A stretch of DNA of 64,000 nucleotides from Candidatus Heimdallarchaeota archaeon (GCA_018238545.1 JABCTC010000015.1:1-64000); one strand, 5' to 3'; shown: positions 10,008-21,403, counted from the first letter of the stretch. The notes: generated by a model not told the origin, from the sequence alone. Made by a program: numbers and translations.

Positions 10008-11138
10008 ATGACAAGATTTCTCAAGTATATTAACAAGGTTACAGCTGTTAGTATCCTCATTATGTTAGTGAACTTGAATATTTTAATTGTATATTCAACT
10101 AATACTTCTCCACATAAACAAAATTCAACCTTGAATTCAGAGCAAATTTTATTGTTCAATGAAACCAATGCATACGACTTCATTTCCTCACAGCTTGATA
10201 TAGGTTATCGAGTTCCAGGCACTGTAGAACATGATATTTGTGCTGATTGGATACGTGAGCAGATAGATCCAACTGTCGATTCGGTATTAACTCACAATTT
10301 TACTATTCAGAAAGAAGGTCAAGTAGCATATGAATGTCAAAATATCCTAGGTAAGTTAAACACTGATAAAGAAAAGATTGTCATTTTAGGTGCTCACTGG
10401 GATTCACGTAATGTTTCTGAAAAAGACTATATCGATAGAAACCTACCTATTCCTGGAGCTAATGATGGTGCTTCAGGGGTCGCTGTTTTAATCGAACTGG
10501 CACGAGCTCTTTCATTCTATAAAACTAACCTTACTTGCCAAATATGGTTTCTTTTTATCGATGCTGAAGACCAAGGATACACCAATGGTATGTATGGTAT
10601 ACAAGATTGGGACTATGTCGAAGGTTCACCCATTTTTGTTGAAAATATAGAAAATTTCTATGACCCTTCAGAGGAAAATTTAGAATGTTTTATCCTATTA
10701 GACATGGTGGGTGGAACTAATCTCACGTTTATAAAAGAATCAAGATCTGATGATAACTTGCACGATGGTATTTTCACAGAAGGTAGATTATTGGGTTATA
10801 ATGAATCATTTCCTGTTACTCCTATAATCATGTCGATTAATGATGATCACATACCCTTTACAGAACTAGACATTCCCGTAGTTGACTTAATCATTGATTT
10901 TCTATATGGTGACTGGACGCATCATCATACTCATTCAGATGATTTAAGCAATATCGATCCGGAAAGTCTGAAGATAACTGGACGTACCATTGAATCCTTC
11001 ATTAAAACCTATTATTCTATGGACTCTAATCAAACCTGGATAGAGAGTGATCCTGGATTTCCGTTATGGGGATATTCCTTAGTTGGACTAGTAATTATTG
11101 TGATAGCAACCGTAGTTTTTCTATATAGAAAAAAATAG
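10008..11138 (+). CDS. M28 family peptidase / glutaminyl cyclase-like, membrane anchored
   Basis: GAHWDSR, GANDGASGVAVL, DAED, LLDMVG, DDHIPF, HHT; C-terminal PGF plus TM plus RKK. Confidence 0.85.
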   Translation: MTRFLKYINKVTAVSILIMLVNLNILIVYSTNTSPHKQNSTLNSEQILLFNETNAYDFISSQLDIGYRVPGTVEHDICADWIREQIDPTVDSVLTHNFTIQKEGQVAYECQNILGKLNTDKEKIVILGAHWDSRNVSEKDYIDRNLPIPGANDGASGVAVLIELARALSFYKTNLTCQIWFLFIDAEDQGYTNGMYGIQDWDYVEGSPIFVENIENFYDPSEENLECFILLDMVGGTNLTFIKESRSDDNLHDGIFTEGRLLGYNESFPVTPIIMSINDDHIPFTELDIPVVDLIIDFLYGDWTHHHTHSDDLSNIDPESLKITGRTIESFIKTYYSMDSNQTWIESDPGFPLWGYSLVGLVIIVIATVVFLYRKK

Positions 11139-11229
11139 TTATGTCAACCTCTAATTCACTTACTGCAAATATTAATAAAGTAGAGTGTACAAGAATGATA
11201 ACAGTAAGTTGAATTTAAGAGGTTATATC

Positions 11230-12522
11230 ATGAAGGTATCTAAAGACGATGTTAAATATCTAGTTTTTGAGGGTGGAGGAGGAAAAGGCTTGATTTATCT
11301 TAGCCCTCTTCAAGCGCTCGAAGAATTAGACATATTATCTTATAAAACTATTAATGTAAATGGAAAAGATGTGTGTCGTTTAGACAATAAAAAAATCCAT
11401 GGTATTGCTGGAACTTCTGTTGGTGGGCTTACAGCTTTGCTTGTTGCTGCTGGTTTTACATCAGAGGAAATACACACTGTTTTAATAAGTGACTTAGACG
11501 AGAAGATTCTCGATTCAGTGGAATTTGGAAAGATACCAACAGTTCATACGTTAGACAACCCCAGACACATAATTAGTGACCGACCAATCGATAAAGATCG
11601 AATGCTATTTGACAGATATTGGGAAACCTTCAAACACTCGAAAATAACTTTGAAAGGTTTGGTTAAACTCCCTGTTAAAGCTTTCAAAGAATTCAATATG
11701 GGTTTTTTCTCAGGATTAGTCAAATGGTATATAGATTACGAATCAAGAAAAGTAGTGACCAAAGAACCTAAACATGAGATATTAGGCGTTATTCATGATA
11801 TTGCAAAAACCAAAACAACAAAATCTGCTATAGACATTGTTTTAGAAAACTCAGCTGACAGTATGTACAGCTTGAAATATGATCTCGGACTTTTTTTGTC
11901 TGAATCTTTAAGAGATGCAGTTGATGGATTTATCGAGTTCAAATCTGGAATTAAGAATTGTACTTTTGAGCAATTCTATAATACTTTCAAAATTGATTTA
12001 GTTCTTACTGCATTTGATGTTTCAACCAATGAGGTCTACTACTTTAGAAACGATGAAAAATGGAAAAACCTCTGTGTTGCTGATGCCTTAAGAATGTCTG
12101 TCAGTATTCCTATGGTATTCAAACCTGTAGTTATGAAAATTGAAGGTGAAAAAATCGTAACTGTTACTGATGAAATATCTTCAGCAAATTACATAGTTGA
12201 TGGAGGATTGGGTAACAACTTTCCCATTCATGTATTCGATGAAGAAGATTCTAATGAGTTAAACCCTCATGTGCTAGGTTTCAGACTCATAGCAGCCAGA
12301 CCTTTCGTAGAAGGGGAAACAACATTCTTTGGTTACTTGGAAAATATTTTTCTTTCTTTGCTTAAATTAACTTCAGAATCTCAATTGAAAAGAGAATCTG
12401 AGAGAGATCAAACCATTGATTTAGACACTGAAGGTGTGAATTTCTTAGACTTTACATTTGAGACTATCCCTGAAAAAACACTAACAGAAGCAAGAAAATT
12501 AACATTTGAGTACTTTAAATAA
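11230..12522 (+). CDS. Patatin-like phospholipase
   Basis: FEGGGGKG, GTSVG, DGG..NNFP; ATG at 11230 preferred. Confidence 0.9.
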   Translation: MKVSKDDVKYLVFEGGGGKGLIYLSPLQALEELDILSYKTINVNGKDVCRLDNKKIHGIAGTSVGGLTALLVAAGFTSEEIHTVLISDLDEKILDSVEFGKIPTVHTLDNPRHIISDRPIDKDRMLFDRYWETFKHSKITLKGLVKLPVKAFKEFNMGFFSGLVKWYIDYESRKVVTKEPKHEILGVIHDIAKTKTTKSAIDIVLENSADSMYSLKYDLGLFLSESLRDAVDGFIEFKSGIKNCTFEQFYNTFKIDLVLTAFDVSTNEVYYFRNDEKWKNLCVADALRMSVSIPMVFKPVVMKIEGEKIVTVTDEISSANYIVDGGLGNNFPIHVFDEEDSNELNPHVLGFRLIAARPFVEGETTFFGYLENIFLSLLKLTSESQLKRESERDQTIDLDTEGVNFLDFTFETIPEKTLTEARKLTFEYFK

Positions 12523-12671
12523 TGCTTCAGATTTTTTTCTTTTCTTCTTTTCCTCTTTTGCTTAAGTATATTCAGATTAATCATGAACCCCATAATGTCT
12601 CAAATAAGATTAAATTTGTTCAATACAAATTTTAAGTAAAAACTTAAGAAAGCCAGAAGCACCTAATACAT

Positions 12672-14120
12672 GTGAAGAGAATTTATGTGGGAGTTCTATT
12701 ATCAATTCCCCTTATTGTAGTTTTACCAATGTTTTATACTGCAGAGATAATCTACAGAGATTATTACCGTTATATGAAAACTGCATTTATGTTAGCTAAT
12801 ATGTTCATTTGTGCGTTTTTTGCTGCTCGATCTAAGGAACGCGATGAAAGAATTTTCTTCAGTCTTCTTAGCGCTTCCATGTTTTTTTATTTAGTAGATG
12901 GCATATTTGATATCATCTCGATTTATTCCAATTATCCAATTGACATTTATGATGCGCTTTCAGATTTAGCAGGAAATTTACCTATCCTTGCATTACTAAT
13001 TTATCGAATTATTGTGGATTTTAAACACATAAAAAAAGAAAATCGTACTACTTTACTTTTTGGATCAATAGTATCCTCTTCAGGTTTTATCTTGTTAGGT
13101 GTTGTAGTTTTAAGAGTGGCTTTATCTACATCAGATATTCCTCTAAGCGATATTTTGCTTTATCTTCCATTTCTAATTGTCAATATTTTAATAATGTCCT
13201 TACTTGTAACTCTCTATATTCTATATGTAGAAGTTAATTTTAGATACTATATATTGGTCTTGTTATCAGGCTACTTCTTTCTCTTTGTTGGAGATGTTTT
13301 TGAGTTCATGTATGCTCTTTATAAGGGGCTTAGTAATCGAATCATATCAAGGTCTATGACTCTGTTTGCATTTTCTTTGCTGTTTGTTGTACTTATTTGG
13401 ATTAATAGTAGTAATATCAGTATCTCAACACTAAGTCAAATTGAAGCAGAGAGAACGAAATACAAAAAACTATACCTCGATTTAGATGATAAATTGAAAG
13501 ATTTGCTTGTCTTAACCCAGTTCCTACGACACGATTTTGGTAATGATATTGTAGTAATTTCAAATGCTCTTGAAATCTACAAAGAAAAACCATCTATAGA
13601 TTTGATGATGATGGCTGAGAAACGTTTGAAATTAATGGAAGAAAGAATCAGTAATTTGCGAACAAGGGAAGAAATTTATTCCAGTCTTAAAACAGTTGCC
13701 ATCCCCATTACATTTATCGAAGATATTGCAAAATTATTCAAAAATGTCTCTGTTCGAATAAAGAATAGAAAAATAATAGTTAGGGGAAACCAGCTCCTCA
13801 ACTCTGTTCTATTCAATATAATTGACAATTCTTTTAAACATGGAGGAAAAAATGTCGTTGTCAAAATAGATGTTGATACTCGAGATAGTTTTGTCATTAT
13901 AAAAATTATAGATAATGGGATTGGCATGACAGATCAACAGAAAACAATCATCCGAAATCGCGTTGCAACTTTGGATGAAAATCTAGAAATTCCAGATAGT
14001 GTAGGGTTGATGTTAGCTAAAACTACAATAAATGGTATAAGTGGAGAGCTGTTCATTGAAGACAACAAACCTCAAGGGACAATAATAATTATTGAGTTAC
14101 CTCTGTTTAAGGAGAAATAA
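12672..14120 (+). CDS. Membrane sensor histidine kinase
   Basis: Multiple TM segments; H-box LRHDFGN; N-box NIIDNSFKHG; DNGIG; GLMLAK; PQGT. Confidence 0.9.
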   Translation: MKRIYVGVLLSIPLIVVLPMFYTAEIIYRDYYRYMKTAFMLANMFICAFFAARSKERDERIFFSLLSASMFFYLVDGIFDIISIYSNYPIDIYDALSDLAGNLPILALLIYRIIVDFKHIKKENRTTLLFGSIVSSSGFILLGVVVLRVALSTSDIPLSDILLYLPFLIVNILIMSLLVTLYILYVEVNFRYYILVLLSGYFFLFVGDVFEFMYALYKGLSNRIISRSMTLFAFSLLFVVLIWINSSNISISTLSQIEAERTKYKKLYLDLDDKLKDLLVLTQFLRHDFGNDIVVISNALEIYKEKPSIDLMMMAEKRLKLMEERISNLRTREEIYSSLKTVAIPITFIEDIAKLFKNVSVRIKNRKIIVRGNQLLNSVLFNIIDNSFKHGGKNVVVKIDVDTRDSFVIIKIIDNGIGMTDQQKTIIRNRVATLDENLEIPDSVGLMLAKTTINGISGELFIEDNKPQGTIIIIELPLFKEK

Positions 14121-14219
14121 CGGTAGATTATTTTTTCTATTATTTAATTGAACACAGATTTAGAATATTGTTAGTAAGATATTTAAGTGCTTAAACTCCA
14201 TTTGAAACAGGTTTAGAAC

Positions 14220-15140
14220 ATGGAATTAAAGTTCAAATGTTATCACCATGAGTCCGATTTCAATCGTGTACGGAACTTTTACATTGATAACTATGAAACT
14301 GCTTATCCATCTATATGGACATTCGAGAGATGGAATTATATGATGTATTTCGTCCGTGATATGTTTGAATTCTCTATTGAAAAAATGGAAGATGAGATAG
14401 GTTTATGGGAGGATGAGAATGGAAATATCCTAGGAATAATCACTAATGAGGCAGTAGGAAGAGGAGAAGCATTTATTCATCTTCATCCAGACTTTTATGA
14501 AAAATCTGTTCTTAAAGAAATGTTTGAATTAATTGAGGAAAAATATACAGTTGAGATAGAAGGTAAAGAGATAATCAAACTAAGAATTTTAGATGGAAAC
14601 ACAGATTTAGAAAGACATGCTAGTGAGAGAGGATATGTCAAAAAACCCGATGCTGTAGAAACAACCAGTCTCCTTCTATTGGATAAAGAATTAAAATTGC
14701 CAGAAATTCCTAATGGTTATAGAACCCTAAGTATGGCTGATGAGAATAATCTAGAGAAAAGGACACTCACATTTGCTAAAGCTTTTGGTAATTATGGAAC
14801 AAAAGATCAAGTTCAACCACATAGTTACATCGAACTTCAGAAGTGTCCTGACTATGGAAAGGATTTAGATGTTTATGCAGTAGCTCCTGGTGGAGATATT
14901 GTTTCTTTCTGTTTAATATGGTTTGATGAAAAAAACAAGATAGCTATATTAGAGCCTGTTGGTACAAATCCTGATCACAGAAAAAAAGGATTAGCAAAAA
15001 TAGTTGTTTATGAGGCAATTAATCGTGTGAAGAAGGAAGGGGCAGAAAAAATTATTGTTGGTGATGGACAACAATTTTATCTTTCAATTGGCTTCAAACA
15101 TGATTATAGAAACATAGTATGGATTAAAGAAGTGAGTTAA
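14220..15140 (+). CDS. GNAT family N-acetyltransferase
   Basis: LEPVGTNPDHRKKGLAK, FYLSIGF. Confidence 0.85.
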   Translation: MELKFKCYHHESDFNRVRNFYIDNYETAYPSIWTFERWNYMMYFVRDMFEFSIEKMEDEIGLWEDENGNILGIITNEAVGRGEAFIHLHPDFYEKSVLKEMFELIEEKYTVEIEGKEIIKLRILDGNTDLERHASERGYVKKPDAVETTSLLLLDKELKLPEIPNGYRTLSMADENNLEKRTLTFAKAFGNYGTKDQVQPHSYIELQKCPDYGKDLDVYAVAPGGDIVSFCLIWFDEKNKIAILEPVGTNPDHRKKGLAKIVVYEAINRVKKEGAEKIIVGDGQQFYLSIGFKHDYRNIVWIKEVS

Positions 15141-15168
15141 TATTACTCTCTTCCTTTTCAAATCTTCT

Positions 15169-16086
15169 CTAATAAGTTTTAAGAACTTGTTTGAATTGGT
15201 TTAGTGTTTTTGAATAATTAGCTGTCCCTTTCTCTCGATTATACGATTCTATATTTTCTTGCAGCTCTGCTACTGTTTTAACCCCAAATATAATTGAATC
15301 AGCTTGTTGTTCTAGACCATATTGAAAACATTGTGCAGGAGTTGAGGGTTCAATCAATTTCAATGAGAATTTATTTCTTCCAGTATAGTAAGCTGAATAA
15401 TTAGTCTTCTTAGTAGAGAAAGCTTTTCCTTTTAACAAGTTCTTTATTGCTATTATTGCTATCTCATTCTTTTTGCAGTATTTGATTAATCTTTGAGTTG
15501 AATCAAGAATCCCTGTAGAAAAATTTAGTGGAAACATGATGACATCAAACTGCTCTTTTTGTAAGATTTTCAAGAGAAGCTCAGGTTTGTGAGCACTGAA
15601 CCCGATAGCTTTTGCTCTTCCTTCTCTTTTCAACTCTTTTGCATAATCTAGAACTCCTCCCTTGACAATTTTTTCAAAATCTTCCATATGAGTAACAAAC
15701 TGATGCAAAGCTATGTCAGCATATTCTACATCTATTCTGTCAAGCATTCCTTCATAGGTGGATTTTATTGCTTTAAGTGATCGAGATTTTCTATGGTTTG
15801 GTCCTTTTGGACTAAAGATACTGCCTAGATGTGCTGTGAAAGTGATTTTTTCCCTTTTATCTTTGATGAAATCTTTAAACACATCATAGAAATATGGGAT
15901 GTTAAAGACTATATCATAGTGAGTTAGACCTAAATCATAAGCTGCTTCTAGTATGACCTTAGAATTCTGCTCTCGAGTCATATCATCTGGATTTTGTGTT
16001 CTAACTACAAAGTGTTCTATCCCTAAACCAAGAATACTTAATTTCACGCCATTCTTTTCTAATCTATTCATTGAAATGTGCTCCAT
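15169..16086 (-). CDS. Aldo/keto reductase
   Basis: LSILGLG, L.R..VEYADIALH, LKREGRAKAIGFSAH. Confidence 0.85.
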   Translation of the reverse strand: MEHISMNRLEKNGVKLSILGLGIEHFVVRTQNPDDMTREQNSKVILEAAYDLGLTHYDIVFNIPYFYDVFKDFIKDKREKITFTAHLGSIFSPKGPNHRKSRSLKAIKSTYEGMLDRIDVEYADIALHQFVTHMEDFEKIVKGGVLDYAKELKREGRAKAIGFSAHKPELLLKILQKEQFDVIMFPLNFSTGILDSTQRLIKYCKKNEIAIIAIKNLLKGKAFSTKKTNYSAYYTGRNKFSLKLIEPSTPAQCFQYGLEQQADSIIFGVKTVAELQENIESYNREKGTANYSKTLNQFKQVLKTY

Positions 16087-16180
16087 ATAGAACTAGATAC
16101 TTGAGATTTATGATTGTTTCTTTTCTGGTTTCTAAACAAAAAGAAAACTTAATATCTTTACATACGAGTGAACCGCTAAG

Positions 16181-16843
16181 GTGGTTGAGATTTTCTCAAG
16201 AAAAAAGAATGTTAAAAGCATGAGAGATTTGTTCATAGAGACTAGTAGTTTAACTAAATGTGCTTTTGAAACTATGAGAAATGCTGTTTTAGCGTATGTG
16301 GAAGGAAATTTTGATCTTGCGAAAAAAGAAGCTGATATTACAATAGCAACTGAGAAAAAACAGGACAGAGTAAAGGAAGAGGTTTTTGCAAGAATGTTTT
16401 CCAGAGAAACAATGGTTTTTTCAAGAGCAGACCGTATCCAAATAATTGAAAATATAGATAAAATCACAGATAAAATCGAAATTGTTGTTAGAAAATTACT
16501 TCTTTATCAAGTTGACATAAAAGCCCCTCTTAAGGAAGAAATTAAAGAGTTAGCTGAATTGAACAATCAAATTGGTAAAGAGGTGCATGAGATGGTAATA
16601 GCTGTTCTAGATGATTTTGAGAAAGCAAGAGTTCATATCACTGAGATTACAAATTTAAGAAGAAACGTTCGTGAGAAACAGTGGAAACTTCAAAAGATGA
16701 ACTATGATTATCACGATATTCAAGAAGATTTTCTAGCTTTTAGGTATACTGAGACTTTAATCAAATATTTAATGGAAACTGCTGATAGAGCAGAAATTTT
16801 TGCTGATCGTGTTTTCATACTCATTAACAAATATGCACCATAA
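16181..16843 (+). CDS. DUF47 / PhoU-like phosphate transport regulator
   Basis: EKKQDRVK, RADRIQIIENIDKITD, ETADRAE; immediately upstream of PiT. Confidence 0.85.
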   Translation: MVEIFSRKKNVKSMRDLFIETSSLTKCAFETMRNAVLAYVEGNFDLAKKEADITIATEKKQDRVKEEVFARMFSRETMVFSRADRIQIIENIDKITDKIEIVVRKLLLYQVDIKAPLKEEIKELAELNNQIGKEVHEMVIAVLDDFEKARVHITEITNLRRNVREKQWKLQKMNYDYHDIQEDFLAFRYTETLIKYLMETADRAEIFADRVFILINKYAP

Positions 16844-16868
16844 TCTAACAATTAATGGAGTAGCGAAA

Positions 16869-17882
16869 ATGGAACCCATAGTTATAATTATTTTAATTTT
16901 AATGGTAATTCTATCATTTGGGATAGGTGCCAATGATGAAACTATGGCTACATTGGTGGGGAGTCGTGTTCTTAAAACAAAATATGTAATTGTTTTAGCT
17001 GCTATCTTATCCTTTGTTGGAGTTTATTTTCTATCTGATAAAGTAGGTAAAACCATAGGTGAGAATCTTCTAGGAGCAAATGTGGAATATAGTGTAAGCA
17101 TGCTAATTGCAATTATCATAAGCACAACAATATGGCTGATAGTTGCCTCCCTTACAGGAGCACCTATCTCTACAACTCATTCAGTTGTAGGAGCTGTTTT
17201 TGGGGTAGCTATTGTTTGGAGTTTCCAGCCTGGTCAAAGTTTTTTGACTTCACTGGATTGGTCGACCTTAAGACAGGTTGCATTAGGTTGGATTATCTCT
17301 CCATTGATGGGATTCTTCGGAGCAATTTTGTTTAAATTTATACTGGATAAGTTTTTAGCATCCCAGATGAAAGGTCTAGAACGCTTAGAAAATTTTGAAA
17401 GAATCTTCGGATATGTATTGATTTTAATTGTAGGATGGACACAAATAAGCAGAGGGGGTAATGATTCAGCAAATGCTTTGGGTATAATGTATGGTTTAAT
17501 TGATTCTGGACAATTAATTGGCGATCCACTAACCATAATGTTACTGACTCTTGCAACAGGAGTTGTTTTGGCTCTAGGGATTGTAATCATTGGTAGGAAT
17601 GTCATAAAAAATGTTGGAAACAATCTTATAGCGATGAGACCTTCTGATGCGATTAGTATAGAATTGGCAACAAGCATTACCCTATTCTTAGCTACGATTT
17701 TCGGTTTTCCAATTTCTGGAAGTCATGTGCTAATTTTTGCTGTAGTGGGTGCAGGAATGATAAAAGGCGAACGCCCAAATAAAAAAGCTTTCAGGCAGAT
17801 GGTTATAAGCTGGGTGGTAACCTTCCCGGTAGCAGCTGTTTTGTCAGCTCTGATATACAGTATTTCACTCGTTATTTTCTGA
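16869..17882 (+). CDS. pit: Inorganic phosphate transporter (PiT family)
   Basis: GIGANDE, GAPISTTHSVVGA, GGNDSANA, GFPISGSH; ATG at 16869. Confidence 0.92.
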   Translation: MEPIVIIILILMVILSFGIGANDETMATLVGSRVLKTKYVIVLAAILSFVGVYFLSDKVGKTIGENLLGANVEYSVSMLIAIIISTTIWLIVASLTGAPISTTHSVVGAVFGVAIVWSFQPGQSFLTSLDWSTLRQVALGWIISPLMGFFGAILFKFILDKFLASQMKGLERLENFERIFGYVLILIVGWTQISRGGNDSANALGIMYGLIDSGQLIGDPLTIMLLTLATGVVLALGIVIIGRNVIKNVGNNLIAMRPSDAISIELATSITLFLATIFGFPISGSHVLIFAVVGAGMIKGERPNKKAFRQMVISWVVTFPVAAVLSALIYSISLVIF

Positions 17883-17898
17883 AGTTGATTTTCAAAAT

Positions 17899-18237
17899 TT
17901 ATTTAATCAAACGATCTAGCAAAAACTCTTTCTTAATTTTAATAGCTCTGATAAGTTTCTTAAGCTCTTTTTCTCCTTTATCATTTAAACAATATAAGTA
18001 AGCCACTCTTTTTCCTGTTATTTGTTCTTCTTGAAATAAAATATTTTCTTCTACCATTCTTTTCAATTCTGGGTAAAGAGTACCTGTTTTGAGCTCAATC
18101 CGTCCATCAGTAAATTCTTTAACTAAATTTATTAGTTTATACCCTGAAGATTTAGGATTGTCTCTTAAGAGAAAAAGTATCAGAGTTCTAACTATGGGTA
18201 CTGATTCTAAGATGTTTCCTTTACTTGTATTACTCAT
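17899..18237 (-). CDS. PadR family transcriptional regulator
   Basis: GYKLI, GTLYPELKRM, Y.LNDKG. Confidence 0.85.
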   Translation of the reverse strand: MSNTSKGNILESVPIVRTLILFLLRDNPKSSGYKLINLVKEFTDGRIELKTGTLYPELKRMVEENILFQEEQITGKRVAYLYCLNDKGEKELKKLIRAIKIKKEFLLDRLIK

Positions 18238-18298
18238 TATATCACGCTCAAATCGGTTAAATAGAAAGAAGAATGGGTATTATTATTTTACCCTTTAA

Positions 18299-18781
18299 TT
18301 ACAGAAGTGCTATTACTCCAAGGTACGAACTTAGGAATAATACAACAATTGCAAAAATAACATTTGATAACAGAAGTATTTTTGATATTTTGTTGCTTAC
18401 TTTCTTTTCTATCCCTTTAATCCTATCCAATATTGCACTCCTAAAAATAGCAATTAGTGCCATTAGAATGAATAGAATGTGCTTGATTGATAATAATGTA
18501 GCAAATGTACTTTCAAAGGATATGAAATAACTAGTCCCAGATGGGTCTGTAAGTTTTGTCAATAATAATCCTGTTGCCATAAGAACTACAATTGAGACAT
18601 AAGTAAATATGCTCAGTCTGTTTTGAATCTTCTTGTTGATTTGCTGAAGTTTCTCTCCTTCAAATTGTTTCTTTAGTATGGGCATTATAACAAATACTAA
18701 GAGAAGCATTCCTCCTACCCAAATTACAGTAAATAATTCATGTAGAAAGTTGATCAATGTTAACGCTATTGGAATTGCCAT
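18299..18781 (-). CDS. CopD/DUF4149-like 4-TM membrane protein
   Basis: FLHELFTVIWVGG, TG, LSIKH; four hydrophobic segments. Confidence 0.7.
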   Translation of the reverse strand: MAIPIALTLINFLHELFTVIWVGGMLLLVFVIMPILKKQFEGEKLQQINKKIQNRLSIFTYVSIVVLMATGLLLTKLTDPSGTSYFISFESTFATLLSIKHILFILMALIAIFRSAILDRIKGIEKKVSNKISKILLLSNVIFAIVVLFLSSYLGVIALL

Positions 18782-18916
18782 TTTATTTCACCATTTACGA
18801 TAGGTAGGTAACCTACATGTTGTTAATAAATATATTGCTTTACCAAAAATAATAATTAAGAATCATGAGACGTGAAGCTCAAATTAAAACGAATTTGTCT
18901 TGTAGTAATATTATTA

Positions 18917-19819
18917 TTACAGTCGATATGGTGATTCCCTCATGTGTTTGGAAAGCTCGACTAAGGAAACTATCCTATCTACTGCATCCTTTCCATAAAG
19001 ATTGTAAAACTCAGATAAATCATTATTATTTTCAAGGCTGAAAAGTATTTGATCAACAACAGCTGTTTCTCCAACCAATTCTTCCTTATCTGGTATACCT
19101 GGCAACACATCTGGGTCCGGAGGTTTATTTTGTATAACTTCTGGTATTTCAAGATGTTTAGCTATTTCTTCTAATTGACTTCGATAGATATGAATTATAG
19201 GCATAACATCCGCACAATGATCAACTCCCCATTTACAAAACGTTCCTGTCAACAATTCTGTTTTATTAGCAGCTCCAACTACCATAAGGTTATGACGATC
19301 AGCATATTGATAGATCATAATCATTCGCATTCTATGCTTGGTAACTGCATAAGCATTTCCTTTTGCAATCCAAGAATTTCCTTCTGGTTTCAGCCTAGCT
19401 TCTAAGATTTTATCGCTTGTATTCTCAAAAAATCTAGCTTTCGCATATTCAATTATTTTTCCACGTAATTTTCTAAAAGGTATTAAATGAATGGGAAGTA
19501 ATCTATACGTTTTAGATGCTCTTAGAATCGGTGTAATAGACTTTGTTTTCAACTTCACTCCAAGTTTTTTCGCTAGTAACTTAGCATGATGTTGATGAAT
19601 AGGTTTACTATCTCTCTCAGGCAAATTTAGTAGATGCACCTTATTTGCGCCTATACTACGAACCGTCAATGTTGCTGTTACTGCTGAATCCAAGCCTCCA
19701 CTCAATCCCATAACTGCTCCCTCTCGATTTAATTTTGACATTGTTTCATCAATGAATGTTTCAATATTACTGCATATCTCTGGAATATTGTGTTGAAGTT
19801 TATGTATTGTCTTTGTCAT
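18917..19819 (-). CDS. nadE: NH3-dependent NAD+ synthetase
   Basis: GLSGGLDSAV, KHRMRM, GAANKTE..TG.FCKWG, KPPDPD. Confidence 0.92.
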   Translation of the reverse strand: MTKTIHKLQHNIPEICSNIETFIDETMSKLNREGAVMGLSGGLDSAVTATLTVRSIGANKVHLLNLPERDSKPIHQHHAKLLAKKLGVKLKTKSITPILRASKTYRLLPIHLIPFRKLRGKIIEYAKARFFENTSDKILEARLKPEGNSWIAKGNAYAVTKHRMRMIMIYQYADRHNLMVVGAANKTELLTGTFCKWGVDHCADVMPIIHIYRSQLEEIAKHLEIPEVIQNKPPDPDVLPGIPDKEELVGETAVVDQILFSLENNNDLSEFYNLYGKDAVDRIVSLVELSKHMRESPYRL

Positions 19820-19987
19820 GATATAGGCACCAAATGAGTGTAACTAAATATCTCGTTAAACTCTTTTGTTTTAATGAATTAATGAGTTGCTTAAAAATTC
19901 TTAATAGATTTTTGCATTCTCTTATTTAGATGAGCTCGTCATTGCAATTCTATTTCTTTTAGTGTCGAAAAAGAAGAAAAACTGAAA

Positions 19988-20383
19988 CTAATTTTTTTTG
20001 GATGATTTTGTTTCTTTAATTCCTCCTATAATGAAGAGTATGCCTCCAATCAGAACTAAAATACCAGCAATTCCCCCTGAAATTAAACCAAATACTATTA
20101 AAATTATCCCAAGCAATACTCTATTTTTAATTGGAGTACCCATCCTTAATCTCAATTGGAGCCAATACCAAACAAAAAGTAGCACAACAAAACCTAAAAC
20201 AATCATGATAAGTCCATTTAACCATGACATTCCTGAAAAGGATAATAGTGAGAGATCACCTACAATACTAGTTATTTCAGATGCAATGGTAAGAATACCT
20301 TGAATAATTAACAAAAACCCTCCAATCAAGGAATCTATGTATCCTGCACCTGTCCAATTGATTTTGTATACAACAACAGTCAT
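19988..20383 (-). CDS. Small multi-pass membrane protein, unknown function
   Basis: Four hydrophobic Gly-rich segments, basic tail. Confidence 0.6.
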   Translation of the reverse strand: MTVVVYKINWTGAGYIDSLIGGFLLIIQGILTIASEITSIVGDLSLLSFSGMSWLNGLIMIVLGFVVLLFVWYWLQLRLRMGTPIKNRVLLGIILIVFGLISGGIAGILVLIGGILFIIGGIKETKSSKKN

Positions 20384-20463
20384 GAATGATTTATTGTAGT
20401 AATTAATAAAAATTCTACCATTGTGTTAAATTGTATACTTTATTTTACTTTGGATCATTGATT

Positions 20464-21314
20464 TTAGTTTCCAGACCATTCTTTAGGTGATATAAATGGT
20501 GGATGAACATATCTTTTAGAAATAGTAATTTTGTCAATCTGTTGATGTTCTTCATTGGTGAGCTGAGCATCAATTGCTAAATAATTATCTTTCAAATGTT
20601 CAAGACTTGTAGCTTTAGGTATAGGTATTACATTCTTGCTGATTAACCAGGACAAGCAAACCTGAGCTGGGCTTATTTTATTACTTTCTGCAATTTGTTT
20701 AATGATATTATCGCTTAACGCATCTCCGCGTCCAAGTGGAGAATAAGAGATTAGCGCAATTTTGTTAATTTCCAGATACTTTTGCATTTCTAGTTGTTGT
20801 AAGTAAGGATGGTGTTCTATCTGGTTTGCGAAAATTGGCTTACTAATTGATTCAATTGCGTCTTCCATCATTTTAATTGTAAAATTCGAAACGCCAATAT
20901 GATTGATAACTCCTTCATCAACAAGTTCACTAAATACTCCTAATGTTTTTTGTGTGAGTAACCTAAAACAAAGGCAGGGTAATGAACATACATGAGATCA
21001 ATGTAGTCTAATTTGAGTTTTTTCAAAGATTTGTAAATAGCTCTCTTAGCAGCTTTTGGTCAAAGACTTAAGGGGAAGACCTTTGTTGCTACAAATAGTT
21101 CTTCACGTTTTACAATTCCAGAGTCTAAAACCTCAGCTAATCCTTCACCTACACCTTTCTCGTTCTTATAAGCTTGAGCTGTGTCAATAAAACGATATCC
21201 CATTTTAATTCCTTCAACAGTAGAGAATTTTGCTGCTTTTGGCTTTAACATCCATGTACCTAATCCAATTGTAGGTAGTTTCAATTCAATCACAGAAAAT
21301 TTACTTAGAATCAT
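20464..21314 (-). pseudogene. Aldo/keto reductase (DkgA-like), disrupted
   Basis: IGLGTW..GYRFIDTAQAY..ATKV, then in-frame TGA (21060-21062), read-through LDYIDLMYVHYP, a 1-nt frameshift in an A-run (about 20946-20951), then GVSNF..NQIEHHP..YSPLG..IPKA. Confidence 0.85.
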
Positions 21315-21403
21315 TAATAAAAGTAATTACCCATTGGAATCTCACATAGTCTATTGAACCTAGGTGTTTTCTTGACTGAAATCTCTCTAGAGTTACAATA
21401 TAG

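Noticed and set aside
21060-21062. Selenocysteine or recoded TGA in the AKR gene
   Set aside because: Not a Cys-equivalent position, a second frameshift lesion follows, and TGA is used as a normal stop elsewhere in the window
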